A stretch of 64,000 nt of DNA, from contig NC_068989.1 of assembly GCF_001194135.2 (NCBI RefSeq), positions 947,057 through 1,011,056 on the forward strand, written 5' to 3'. The notes under the pieces were generated by a model that worked only from the letters and a program-made list of their open reading frames with translations, ran no database searches and was not told the origin of the DNA. The DNA is from Octopus bimaculoides (taxonomy: Eukaryota). Numbering within the stretch: position 1 is the stretch's first letter; every line of letters starts with the position of its first letter. Of the stretch, positions 50,701-61,349 are shown piece by piece. A program made the translations under genes and the position numbers.

Positions 50701-53428
50701 ATGATTGTCAGGGCACATTCTTTATGCTTCATAATATGTAATTATTTGAACAGTAAACATAATTACCTCATTAGTGATTCACAAGAATTTGACAATAACT
50801 AATTACATAATTATTTTGAATTTTTACTTTTATATTTTAGTGTCTGCTTGAATTGATTGAAATGTGGATATAGTTTTAATTTTTTCAAAAGGTTTTATTA
50901 AATCAAACTTTTGTTTCTAGTATCAGCCCCCAATGGCTCTTGGAGTACCTGCATTTGCTATGATGCCTGGAATAAACAGTTTCCCTACTTTAAGGCATCC
51001 TTATCCTCCTTATGTGGTAAGCTGCTTCTTTCATATTTTTTAATTCTTGTTTCAGTCATTGGACTGCAGCCATGCTGGGGTTTGTTATTTTTCTTAATAG
51101 GTTACAACATGGTTTTCCTCTTTCTATTGATTGAAAGCTTTATCAGTTACATACAGTTGTATCATGTAGAATAGAGTTGTGCTAATCTAGAAAGGGTTGC
51201 TAGATTAAATGTAATTGATGGGATTGTAGAAATTTATCCAGTGAGAGAAGTAGATTCCATAGCCTTATGGAATCTTTTTCAGACTAGTACTGGTGATATT
51301 TGGCTAAGTTATAAAGGGAGAGAGAGTGTGTGTGTGTGTGTGTGTGATTGATTGAGATTTGGATATTTGGACGTCTGAAATGATAAAGCTAGATACTGTA
51401 TGTGGCACTGTTTAGTTTCCCTTTTCTACAACTTGAGCTCAAGTTCCCAAACAGGTTAGCTTACCTTTTCATCTTTCCATGGTCAATGAATACCAGTCAT
51501 ATACTCTGGTTGGTTCCATGTACTTATGGGGGATTATTTTTCTTTTCATTTCAGCAAGGAAATAATTGGTATCCTGGTTTCTGTGGTCTTCTTCCTAATC
51601 CACAACCTCCACAGCAACATCAAGAAGAAGTGACCTACCTCTATATTCCTAAAAGGGCTGTTGGTTCTATTATTGGAAGTAAAGGCATCAACATTCAGAC
51701 AATCAAAAGAGATTCAAGTGCTCGAATCAAAGTGAGTTGATAGCTTTTTTTGGTGGTGGTGGTGGTTCCTTTCCTTTTTTTAATTTTTATAAATTTCTTT
51801 GATTTGAGTTTAATAAAAACTCTTGCCTTGTCTTGTTTAGATATTACCAAATAATAAAGGTGAAGGTGATGAGAAAAAAGGTTCCTCTTCAAATATGGAC
51901 GAAAGGAAAGCTATTATTGTTGGTGATTTAGATGCTCAATGGAAAGTAAGTAAAATCTGAAATTAGTTTGATAGTTTCCGATTTACTATCGCAATCAATT
52001 GGAGTTCATACATTTTGGCATTGTTGCTGTCCACTTTTATATGACTGAGTTTTTAAGTTTGAACTGAGGACAATTCACCATAAAGCAATAAATGTTAAAT
52101 AGCAATTTTTTTTAACTGTTCACAACTCAAGAATTTAACACTAATCTCATTGAAATTTCTATATCATCACCATCATAATGTGTGTTCCATACTGGCATGG
52201 GCTGGACAGTTTGACAGGAACCGGCAAGCTAGAAGCCTCTGTCAAGCTCTATTGTCTGTTTTGGCATAGTTTCTATGGCTTTATAAATGTATGATAGGAA
52301 TATAACAAATTTAGCAAAATGTTGAATTTTAAACTAAATATTTGTGGTAATTAAGCAAATTAGTCAAATATTTAAAATGATTTAGAATGTCTGTAGCGAG
52401 TTGGCTCCAGAGAATTGTACTCTTAATTTCCAACTTGAGAAGAATTTAACTTAATACAAGTTGTGAATATTATGTCTGATTATAAAACATTACTACCAGA
52501 CGTTCTCTACCAGGTGAACATTTTTAACTGCTGTCTACTCGCGTGTCATTAACTTGATGTAAAGTAGATTAATTATAGAGAAGTAACTATGTTAATCCAT
52601 GAAAGTGTGCAATGGTGCTCAACTATATCAATGCCAACTGGGTCCTTGGTGAGTGTTGTAACAATTGCAATAGAATGTATTTCATGTTTGCAAGAATAGT
52701 TGAATTAAATGCTGTTAAACCTGGCTGATTGCTTAAGGGATTTGAGTTCATTGTAGGAGCTGCTCGGGGCTGATGGGCAAGTAGGGTTTTTTTTTGTTTT
52801 TTTTACCTTCAATTTATAGATAGGAATAATGATTTAGATTGTTGACATTCATTAGTTTGTCTTAGGAGGATTATAAAGGTTTGGAAATTCAGCAACAGAA
52901 ATTGTTAAAGATTAATTTTGTTTTGTAGGCTCAGTTTTATCTTTTTGAGAAAGTTAAAGATGATGGAGCTTTTGGTAAGGAAGAAGTGAAGTTGCGTTCT
53001 GAAATAATGGTTCCTCGCAGCATTATTGGCAGAATTATTGGCCGTGGCGGACAGAATGTAAGCAGACTTTGAATTTGTGTTGTGTGTGTTTATTACAGTA
53101 TAGACAGGTGTAATGGTTGGTTTTTCTTTATTGTAAATATTTTCTCTTTCAGCTTCAAGAATTGCGGAGAGTTAGCCGTGCCATTGTGAAATTGCCTGAC
53201 GACTTCACTGAAGATGATGTCCCTGTTACAATCATTGGAAATTTTTATTCTCTTCAGTCTGCCCAGCGACGAATCAGAGATCTCATGGTGTCGGCCCTTC
53301 ACAGTGCAGGCCCTCCACAAATACCACACCAACAACAGCAACCACCATTGATTCCACTTCCCCAACCTCCCGTTTCCTATCATCAAAACAGGACAGTTAA
53401 AACCAGTAGGGAACAAGAAGTCAACTAA
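21972..53428 (+). CDS. IGF2BP: IGF2 mRNA-binding protein (IGF2BP/IMP/Imp family), RRM1-RRM2-KH1-4; 15 exons visible, about 2 missing
   Basis: RNP2/RNP1 motifs KVYIGNL and KSNYAFLDC; four KH GxxG loops (GKQG, GKHG, GSKG, GRGG). Visible exons total 1681 nt and are phase-consistent except between exon 2 (ends phase 2) and exon 5 (starts phase 1). Confidence 0.95.
24980..25900 (-). mobile_element. RTE-clade LINE reverse-transcriptase remnant with Cys-rich insert
   Basis: Degenerate WELTSADDL (YADD motif) and KCLKVNLTRTKV, followed by CxxC pairs (ICREG..CIQCKLW..FVCGRC); stops and frameshifts. Confidence 0.75.
36440..36875 (-). mobile_element. Family B SINE, degenerate near full-length
   Basis: Reverse complement of the 19292..19668 head, centre and tail. 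Confidence 0.78.
38512..38566 (+). CDS. IGF2BP: IGF2BP coding exon 2 (GFNLKGFPMLVEPSVSKR), end of RRM1
   Basis: tttgcag acceptor in phase 1; 3' end set at the non-canonical AG/GCAAGA donor in phase 2. Confidence 0.82.
39185..39530 (+). mobile_element. Family A repeat with duplicated core
   Basis: Two tandem cores followed by the (GAT)n tail. Confidence 0.78.
41202..41920. other. Assembly gap (719 N); other gaps at 30982..31038, 47104..47219 and 55924..55955
   Basis: Runs of N. Confidence 1.
42108..42936 (-). mobile_element. Internally deleted mariner (Hsmar1/cecropia-like) with both TIRs; transposase pseudogene
   Basis: About 30-bp inverted termini flanked by TA at 42106-07 and 42937-38. 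Degenerate motifs *VPHDL, IVTCNEK, EAPKTFPKP, QDNA*PH, YEVLPHPAYSP, RWQKCVDCNGTYF; N-terminal HTH region deleted. Confidence 0.92.
43025..43076 (+). CDS. IGF2BP: IGF2BP exon 5 by vertebrate numbering (SNGVVYVTYNNPDQAQQ), RRM2
   Basis: tttttag acceptor, GTAAGT donor, phase 1 to 2. Confidence 0.88.
44170..44218 (+). CDS. IGF2BP: IGF2BP exon 6 (VISQLNGYDFQGSILK)
   Basis: tttttag acceptor, GTAAGG donor, phase 2 to 0. Confidence 0.92.
44930..45130 (-). mobile_element. Family A SINE-like repeat
   Basis: Reverse complement of core and tail. Confidence 0.72.
45505..45593 (+). CDS. IGF2BP: IGF2BP exon 7 (ADFASSRARNNQ..GQDLPLR), RRM-KH linker
   Basis: ttttag acceptor, GTAAGA donor, phase 0 to 2. Confidence 0.9.
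45764..45850 (+). CDS. IGF2BP: IGF2BP exon 8 (VLVGREYVGAIIGKQGQTIKQITSQSNAR), KH1
   Basis: gtttag acceptor, GTAAGT donor, phase 2 to 2. Confidence 0.95.
46463..46505 (+). CDS. IGF2BP: IGF2BP exon 9 (IDVHRPPDNSASET)
   Basis: ttccag acceptor, GTGAGT donor, phase 2 to 0. Confidence 0.9.
46805..47060 (-). mobile_element. Family A SINE-like repeat
   Basis: Reverse complement of core and tail. Confidence 0.72.
47994..48085 (+). CDS. IGF2BP: IGF2BP exon 10 (LVTIKGSSSSCTTACRELMKVIQQEATSLN)
   Basis: tttttcccaag acceptor, GTTTGT donor, phase 0 to 2. Confidence 0.88.
49451..49567 (+). CDS. IGF2BP: IGF2BP exon 11 (TNSLRILCPNSLCGRMIGKHGSVIKSIMQDSDSHITVS), KH2
   Basis: ttttcag acceptor, GTATTG donor, phase 2 to 2. 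Confidence 0.93.
49784..49925 (+). CDS. IGF2BP: IGF2BP exon 12 (INDANV..DRVITINAS..AEKMISERMRKFYAQDSQQMA)
   Basis: catttag acceptor, GTGAGT donor, phase 2 to 0. Confidence 0.93.
50921..51016 (+). CDS. IGF2BP: IGF2BP exon 13 (YQPPMALGVPAFAMMPG..HPYPPYV), KH2-KH3 linker
   Basis: tttctag acceptor, GTAAGC donor, phase 0 to 0. Confidence 0.88.
51555..51731 (+). CDS. IGF2BP: IGF2BP exon 14 (QGNNWY..YLYIPKRAVGSIIGSKGINIQTIKRDSSARIK), KH3
   Basis: tttcag acceptor, GTGAGT donor, phase 0 to 0. Confidence 0.93.
51841..51945 (+). CDS. IGF2BP: IGF2BP exon 15 (ILPNNK..DERKAIIVGDLDAQWK)
   Basis: gtttag acceptor, GTAAGT donor, phase 0 to 0. Confidence 0.93.
52929..53057 (+). CDS. IGF2BP: IGF2BP exon 16 (AQFYLFEKVK..IIGRIIGRGGQN), KH4 start
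   Basis: ttgtag acceptor, GTAAGC donor, phase 0 to 0. Confidence 0.94.
53153..53428 (+). CDS. IGF2BP: IGF2BP last coding exon (LQELRRVSRAIVKLP..SAQRRIRDL..EQEVN*)
   Basis: ctttcag acceptor, TAA at 53426-53428. Confidence 0.94.
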   Translation, partial: LQELRRVSRAIVKLPDDFTEDDVPVTIIGNFYSLQSAQRRIRDLMVSALHSAGPPQIPHQQQQPPLIPLPQPPVSYHQNRTVKTSREQEVN

Positions 53429-54336
53429 TTGTACATAATTAACATCTCCCAACCCTGATCAGTTGTTAATCAAGTTATCAGGTTCTGATGACATGCCAAA
53501 GATGTCAATCCATTTTTAAGGATGTAAGTTGTGTAGATAAAAACTTTTAATTTAACTTTCTAGGACTAACACTGACTGGATTTCTTCCTTATTACATGAA
53601 GTAAATAGGTAAAACTTTTGGTTTCTTTTTATCCTCTTTCCTTTTTTATATAATTTCTTGTGTTTCTTTAACTTCATGTAATTATCTACTTCAAGATTTT
53701 ACTTCTGTTTGAGAGACAGACAAAAGTGGTTTCTGTCAAATCGGGTTGTATAAAGAAAGGTGGGGGGGGGGACGACAAAATGACGGACGATTGCTATTGT
53801 TTGGATCTCTCTGTTTCACTGAGGGCAGCAATAATCTGTGTGTAAAGTAGGCAGTTGTTGAGGTTGGTTGTTGTTGCTGTAATTATTGATGAGGACTGTC
53901 CTCCACTATTCTCTATTGATAGCTGATAGTTGTTCAATACAGTGGGTAGGAGCTGTTAGCCTCTGTCCATTTTTGGACATTTTGACTTTCCCCTTTTTTT
54001 TCTCTTTTTTTTAAAATGAAATATCAAAAGGACACACAACTAATTGTTGAAACTCTACAAACTGGTTTATTTTTATTTATTTATTCTTACATGTCTATGA
54101 TAATCATGAGCTATTTTGTTGGAAGTGGAGTCATTTTGAAATATAGGTATTCAGTTGAACAAATTTTAACCTGAGACCATTGTTGAATGTTGAACCTTGT
54201 CCGGCTCCTTTTTTTCTAAGGAAGTACAAAGTTTATTTTTGATACTTGTTGAGGTGCTTTAGAACTTTTAGATGATCTGCATCTGACCACCACCAAACAT
54301 AATTGTTTGTGTTTGGGCTAAAACAGCTCTGTGTAA

Positions 54337-54367
<31 letters not shown>

Positions 54368-55955
54368 GTTTTGTTTTCCTTGCCAACCCCACCACAAACA
54401 ATTTGAACAACTTGTCAATATTAGAATGGAAACTATTTTTGTTCTTTAACTCTGCAACTAATGTTCACAGTGTCTGCCATGCAACCTTTGGTAGCTCTGA
54501 GACTTTCAGAGTTTCACTGATACATTTTATTCTTGTATTTATTGGATTAGCAATGGATTTCTGAAACTGTAAAATCAAATAGTTTTTCTTGTCACCACAC
54601 ACACTTTTTGTTATTTTACTTGACTCAATTTAGAAATGTTTTTGCTTTTAACTTTTTTGAGGAAAAGGAATTTCTTGATTTATTAACTTAACGTTAGCAT
54701 GTGTTCACTGTTTGCAATCAATTTTAGACTTAGCACTTAATTTAGGAAATAGAGTAATATTGCCTTTAATTATGTGCCTTTGTTAGATATTTTTTTCTGA
54801 TATCTCTTTCAAACTCTAAAAAAAAAAGTAAAAAAAATGAAAAAAAAAAAAAGGATAACTCTAGGTAAAAACCAGCAATGTTTTACATATAATTTGGAAT
54901 TTTTTGCTCTAATTTCTTAAGATTTTGATTTTGATAGTGCTGGATTTTGGCACATTTAGTGTGTGTGTGTGTTGCTTATAACCACTGAGGCTTCAGATAG
55001 TATGTTCAGTTTTATTCTCTTAGATTTATTTTTGCACATTTTTATGAGTTGTAATAACCTTCTTACCAATCCATTTACAATCTAAAGCCTTTTATATTTC
55101 TTATTGGTGGTGACAAAATGAAGGTTGTAACAACCTGTTCATTTTTGAACTACAGAATTAGAGAAATGTGATATTTTTTAGATGGAACTATATTCAGGTT
55201 TTCAATTGAACGACAATCTTCTTGACTGAACACTCTAGTTGTGTACAACATTAAGTTCCCACCTATCCCAGAATTTGCAAGTTGAGCTGCAAACTCATTA
55301 CATATTTCATGTGTACTCTCAATGCATTCAACCTAGACACCACACACTGCTTGTTCTAAATTTTATTTCATCAATTATAATTCTTTCTGAATATTGTAAT
55401 TAAGTGCAGTAAATTGCACATATGCATTTCAAATATTTGGTGAACGTTTGATTGATCAGAAGCTTAAGATATAAAAACAGTATGTGCTATTTTGAGGCTG
55501 GAATATCCCTGTGGGAAAAGATTAAAATAAAAAGACAAATGCTATCTTCTGCTTTGTCGGGTAATTGTCTTGACTATTAGCAGTTTATTACACTGAAGGA
55601 AGGAAGGAAGAACAAGTTAGTGGGTTTTCAGTTGAGTCAATCTGTTCCCCCCCTTTCATCACTGGTTTGCCTGCATAACTCTCTTTCCTGTTGTTAGTTT
55701 GTGAGTGAATGAGTGAGAATATGCATGTCTATGTAATGTAAAGATCTTTTAAGCCAAAGACAAACACCATCTGAAAGAAATGAATTTTGTAAAAGAAAAA
55801 GGCTCTTTTTTTTCTTTTTTTTTTACTTCTCTAGCAAAGAAATAAATTATTATTCAATCTCACAATGAGGTGGTTTCTTTCTTTCTAGTTCATTTGCCTT
55901 TTTGTTTCCTTTTTTTTTTTTTTNNNNNNNNNNNNNNNNNNNNNNNNNNNNNNNN

Positions 55956-55999
<44 letters not shown>

Positions 56000-57484
56000 G
56001 CTACCTAAGAAAATAGTTGTGAAAATGTATGGGTTTACAATGAATATTGTGGATATTCTCTGTAATCAACCTTCAATTTAAAAGATTGTCTTTAATGCTT
56101 CATAAATACATCCGGTTCTGTTAATAGATGTAACTATTGCAAATGTACACTTTAAAGATGAGGGTTAGCCTGAAGAATTTTTGTGGGGTCGGACATAACC
56201 TTTATGAAACTTAGTATAAGGAGTCCAAAAGTTGAAGATAAAGAATTTTGATATAGTTACTGTTTTTTTCAAGTAAGAATTGATTTCTTTAAAATAGTTT
56301 TTATTTTTTTGAAGTCTAGTTTTGGAATATTGAAAGTTTGATTCTACTCAACATGTGGCTTGGGTTATTCTTCAAGAAATTACAATTTTTCATCTTTAAA
56401 GAGATTTCTGTTATTTCAAGTTCTACTGTTATTACATCTGTGGATTAAACGAGATTAGTGCAATAGCAGGAGTAAGAAACTCACTGTTTTTATCAGCAGT
56501 CTGATCCTGCCCACCCACCCTCTAAAGCCCTTCCATTACCTTCTCTGAGCTTGCTAAAATAAGTCTTGGGGGCAGGTAGGTGCAGTCAGTTCAACAGATT
56601 CTGCTATATTTTATGAAATAGGAAAAGTAAACTTGGTTCTGGCAAGATTTGAACCAAGGATAGTGAGGATTGCTGAGTAGAGACAATGAATCAACTTCCA
56701 TTTTCTCTCTACACTTCAGTTATGGGAAACCTATGATGTTGGGAATAATTAATTAAAATAGTTGTTACCTCTGGATTGGTTTTGTTATTGTGAAGTGTAG
56801 ACCAACTTCTATATTTTCAATGACTCCAAGAGAATTGTCCTTGATTTCAGATGTTACAATATAAAGATAGCAGAGCAGAGCCTGCTCTAACAATTTTGTG
56901 TGAATAAAAAAAAGAAACTACTGACTGACCTGTGAAGAAGAGATGGATAACTGTAGAGACACTAAAAGTAGGGGAGGTGAAAGTAAAACAAGTTTAATGC
57001 TATGGAAGTAAATTTGGCGGGCGAAATATGGATAATGCTTTTTTGGACGGAGCCCAAGATTTCTGGTAAATATTCTGGATAAGGGAGGTGGGTAGCACTG
57101 AATTAATATTGCACTAGATTGAAGATTTTTTTTTTTTTTTGTTATGGTGATTATATAAAAGTTGCCTCAAGCCAACATAGATGCACACAAAGCAATGTTT
57201 ATGTAACGAGAGAGTTGCAGGTAAGAAGGGCAGAACTATATTTTAAGGTTTTGCAATCAAAACTGCAAAAGTTTTATTAATACTAATTTTAAAATTTTGT
57301 TAAAAGCACTTAAAGATTTAAGTAACAGATTTAAAAACAAAAAAAAAGTCCTGGTGTTGATTCATTTGACTAAAAAGTCTTTAAGGTGGTGCCCCAGCAT
57401 GGCCATAATTTAATGACTGAAATAAGTAAAATAATAAGATTGTTTCTTATTGTGCATATATAATACATGTATATGGATGTGTGC

Positions 57485-57720
57485 AGCATCATCATCATCA
57501 TCATTTAAAGTCCATATTCCATGTTGGCAGGCAAGGATTGCATGCTTTGAAAGGATCAGGTGGGTCCAGAGTCCCATCGGGCTCCAACTATCTGCTTTGG
57601 CAGGGTTTCTATGGTTGGATGCCCTCCTTAACTCCAACCACTTTACACTGTGGACTGGGTATTTTTTGTTTTATGGCACCTGCACCAGTGAGGTTACCCT
57701 GCAGCCTGCAAGACTACAAT
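57485..57720 (-). mobile_element. Family A SINE-like repeat
   Basis: (CAT)n tail followed by the reverse-complement core. Confidence 0.72.
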
Positions 57721-58225
57721 TCCCTTCAGCTGAGTTGGGACTACAAGAGAGAGGGAGGTGACTTTATGCTAGGAGAAGGAATCAGAATAGAGGAGATATA
57801 AAAGAGGATTGGGAAGAGAGAGAGAGTGGTGATAATGAGGTGTGGCCTTGAGATAAGAGGTGATCAGGGACAGAAGAGGAAGTGAGGGTGGAAGAATATT
57901 TGGGAGGGTGAGAGATGGCTAGGCATAGGGGGATGAGTAAGAGAATGAATATATGGGTAGGGTTGAGGGGGTGAGCAATGATACATAAGTACCAGTTGTG
58001 TACTGGGTCGATCTAATCGACTAGCCCCCCCCCCACTCCCCCAAAATTTCAGGCCTTGTGCCTAGAGTAGAAAAGTATATATTTTACAGACAGATATACT
58101 TCTTATTCTCATAATGCTCCCAGGTCAATTTTAATTGGACAGATCTATGATGAAAGGTATTCCAGATGTGACCATCCTGCCTAATACAGCAGAGACCACA
58201 GTCTTCACTGTGTTCCTTTATTTAA

Positions 58226-58446
58226 CCCCTTAACATTCTGATTACTCTGTCAAAACCTAATGCTTATTTATTCATTTTGTTTTTAATTAATTATGCATCA
58301 TCTCATAGTGTTGAGATTCCAGTGATGTGATTATTCATTTTTAGAATGACATTGAGGAGTAAGTGTGAGAGGCTGGATCTGGTTGGTCTGAGCATAAAAC
58401 GGGAAGAATATTGAGGCCTGATATGGCCAGTTTAAATGCTAAAGGG
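58226..58446. mobile_element. piggyBac-like MITE, 221 bp
   Basis: TTAA at 58222-25 and 58447-50; termini CCC../..GGG with about 12-bp imperfect TIRs. A second, left-truncated copy lies at about 59650..59855. Confidence 0.75.
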
Positions 58447-60827
58447 TTAAGGTGTGATTTGAGAGGGATTTGGCTGCTATTTCTTGCAAGTTGTGTAAAG
58501 TTTCTCTTTGTTGTTGTTTAGCCCCAGGTCAGTCCAACTGTGGCCATTCAACCATTTTTTCATCTACACAGGAACCCCATGACCTCATTCTCTAAGCTGT
58601 CCTAAGAGTGAAAGTGTGTCATATGAGGCAGGATTTGACAGGTATTTTTAGCAAGTTGAATGACTGTATAGAGGCTCCCTCTTGTGATAGGAATGAAACA
58701 TAAAAAAACATTTAATCCCCACATTAAAAATATGTGTTTGGTGGGGGGGAGTGATGAGAGAAAGGAGGAGGAGGAGGGAGTAGAAAAAAAAGAATAATTA
58801 GAAACAGGAAATAATGTTGATAAAGGTGGGGAAGGCGTAGGAATAAAATTGGTTTTGTTTATGGAAAGGAATGGAATAGGATTGGCAACAGGTGTGGCAG
58901 TGTTTAGGATTGTTATCAAATAACACTGCTGCCTTCGGTCTGTGTGTGTTTGTGTGAATGCACACACACATCTAAAGACATACCAAAGAGAGAGAGAGAG
59001 AGAAGGTCTGCACCTAAGCAAGTCTACTGATAGATATATATATATATAGAGAGAGTTATGAATCAAAAAAGCAGTGAGTCAGTGCCAGCATTTTGGATGT
59101 TTTGGCCTCTCAATCATAAGATAATGATGCCAATCTCAATTCAAGGCCACTCTCGGTTCTGCTGCTCATTCCAAAGACTACTTCTGTTCACCTCATTTAA
59201 TTCTTCAATTCTTAAAACTGTTCAGTGTCAAGTATGAGTTTCCCTTCAGATGAATATCTTTGATATTGTATGTGTTTGAGAGATCTAGAGCAGGGATGGG
59301 TGAAATTGGTACAAAATCAGTCGACATTTAATTCCTCACACAGATACAAGGGCCTTGCTGATGGCCAACCAGCTGAGAGGTTGATGATGTGTATCCTGTC
59401 AGTGTATTGTGTTTGTGGTTAAGTCACTTAACTCTAAAATGGCCAAGTCCATCTAAATAACTGTGAAGTAGGAAATATTTGTTAACAAGAAGAGCATTGT
59501 TAAATTTGAGAGCCATGTGAGACTGCAGTGTTTGGAGAGAGGATGGTCTATGCAAGTGGATTTGCTCCAGGTACATTCTCTGAAGTATGAACCAATGATA
59601 GAACCTCTATGTAGTCATTTGTTCTCCTAGAAATAGCAGTGAAATCTCCCTCTGTCAAATGCAAAGCTTATTTATTTACATTGTTTCGAGTTAACCTTGC
59701 ATTTATCTCTTAGCTGTGAGATTTCAATGATCTGATTGTTTATTTTTAGAATGACATTGTGGGATAGGTGTGATAGGCTGGATCTGGCCAGTTTGAACAT
59801 AAAGCAGGTACAATATTTGGGCCTGATTTGACTGGTTTAACTGCTAAAGGATTAAATCATACACTACTTTCTTTAAAACAAAAGGGACAGATTAGATAAT
59901 GGGATACGAGATACATTGGTTGAATCCTGCCAAAATAAATGTTCTCAATTCTACAGATAAAAGATTCTTATTTCAGTTGCTTAATTCTTCAAAAGAAATA
60001 AGTATTGGTAAAATAATTCACTTTCTGGTCTCTAATAGTAATAATAATAAGTTAATGTTTAAATAATGATGATTATGGATATGGCTAAAAGGCAACTGAA
60101 GGTTGTGTGTGTGTGTGCGCTAGAAATAAATTTGTTTCCAATACAGAAATTATAGCTTCCAGTTTATTTCTCTGGTTAAGAATTGCCTCATTGTTGTGGA
60201 AAGAAGCTTTACCATATGCCATGGGCCCAATAATAATAACTTGCGTAAATGAGCCTGTAATCGCTCAGATTTTGGATTTCTTGGATGTGTTATATGCTGG
60301 GGCAGTGTGAAATTCCTTGCAGCTGAACGAAGTGATGGAATGTCTCCCAAGACCTTAACAAGCAATGATGCTTTTTATTAAAAGATGGAAATGGCTGCAG
60401 CATCAGAACAATAGAAAAAGAAGAGAGATGCTGGTAATGGTGAGAGGGTGGGGTGGGGGTGAGGTTATGTGTATAATTTGAAGTGTTTGGAAGAATTTCT
60501 GGGTGATTAAAACCAGAACTGAGGTTGATGTGAAGATTAGCTTCTTCCCATATAATAAGAAAGAATTTGGTTCAGGACAAGCTGGACGTAGTCATTACAT
60601 GTTTTATCAGTCTGAATATATATAGAAATATCTGGACAGAATGCAAATTATAAACTCTTTATTATACATATCTATGTGTGTATATATGTCTGTATATACA
60701 TTTTGCAATGTAAAAATGTATCCACCTATATACATTATATATATATCAAATCATGTAAATATATCAAATTAAAGATACTACAATGGACAATACCAAGTGG
60801 ACTCTCACCTATGACCTTATGTTTTTA

Positions 60828-60883
60828 CCAAAAGCCAACTCCCTCCTTCACCAATATCCAACTCCCTCCTTCACCAAAAGCCA
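60828..60883. repeat. 23-bp tandem repeat, about 2.4 copies (CCAACTCCCTCCTTCACCAA core)
   Basis: Read directly from the sequence. Confidence 0.85.
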
Positions 60884-60902
60884 ATCTCTGAAGAATGGCC
60901 AT

Positions 60903-61088
60903 TCTTTTCTACTCTAAGTACAAGGCCCGAAATGTTTGGGGGAGTGGGGCAGTCGATTAGATCGACCCCAGTACGCAACTGGTACTTATCTTACCCCAAA
61001 AGGATGAAAGGCAAAGTTGACCAAAGACAGACGAAATACCATTAAGCATTTTGCCTGGCATGCTAACGTTTCTGCCAGCTCGCCGCCT
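60903..61088 (-). mobile_element. tRNA-derived SINE (octopus OK-like; family C) with 14-bp TSD
   Basis: Head GGCGGCGAGCTGGCAGAAACGTTAGCA on the minus strand; TSD TGAAGAATGGCCAT at 60889-60902 and 61089-61102. Other family C pieces lie near 2745-2895, 12650-12860, 17330-17530 and 57980-58078. Confidence 0.85.
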
Positions 61089-61349
61089 TGAAGAATGGCC
61101 ATCAAGAAGCAGTACCCCACCATGACCACACCCTTTGCACTGAAGTGCATGAAAAAAATAAGAGTGCTCCAGCATGGCCACAGTCGAATGACTGAAACAA
61201 GTAAAAGATATATATATATATATCGTTTTTAGAAAAACAAATCTTGAGAAGCACACTCTAAGAAGTAGAGCAGTCTATATTTTTTTTAATAAATATATAA
61301 AATAATAATAATTTGATAAGTATAATCTATGATGCATAAATTATAATGA

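Noticed and set aside
57013-57026. TTTGGCGGGCGAAA E2F-like double site
   Set aside because: An isolated motif with no promoter context.
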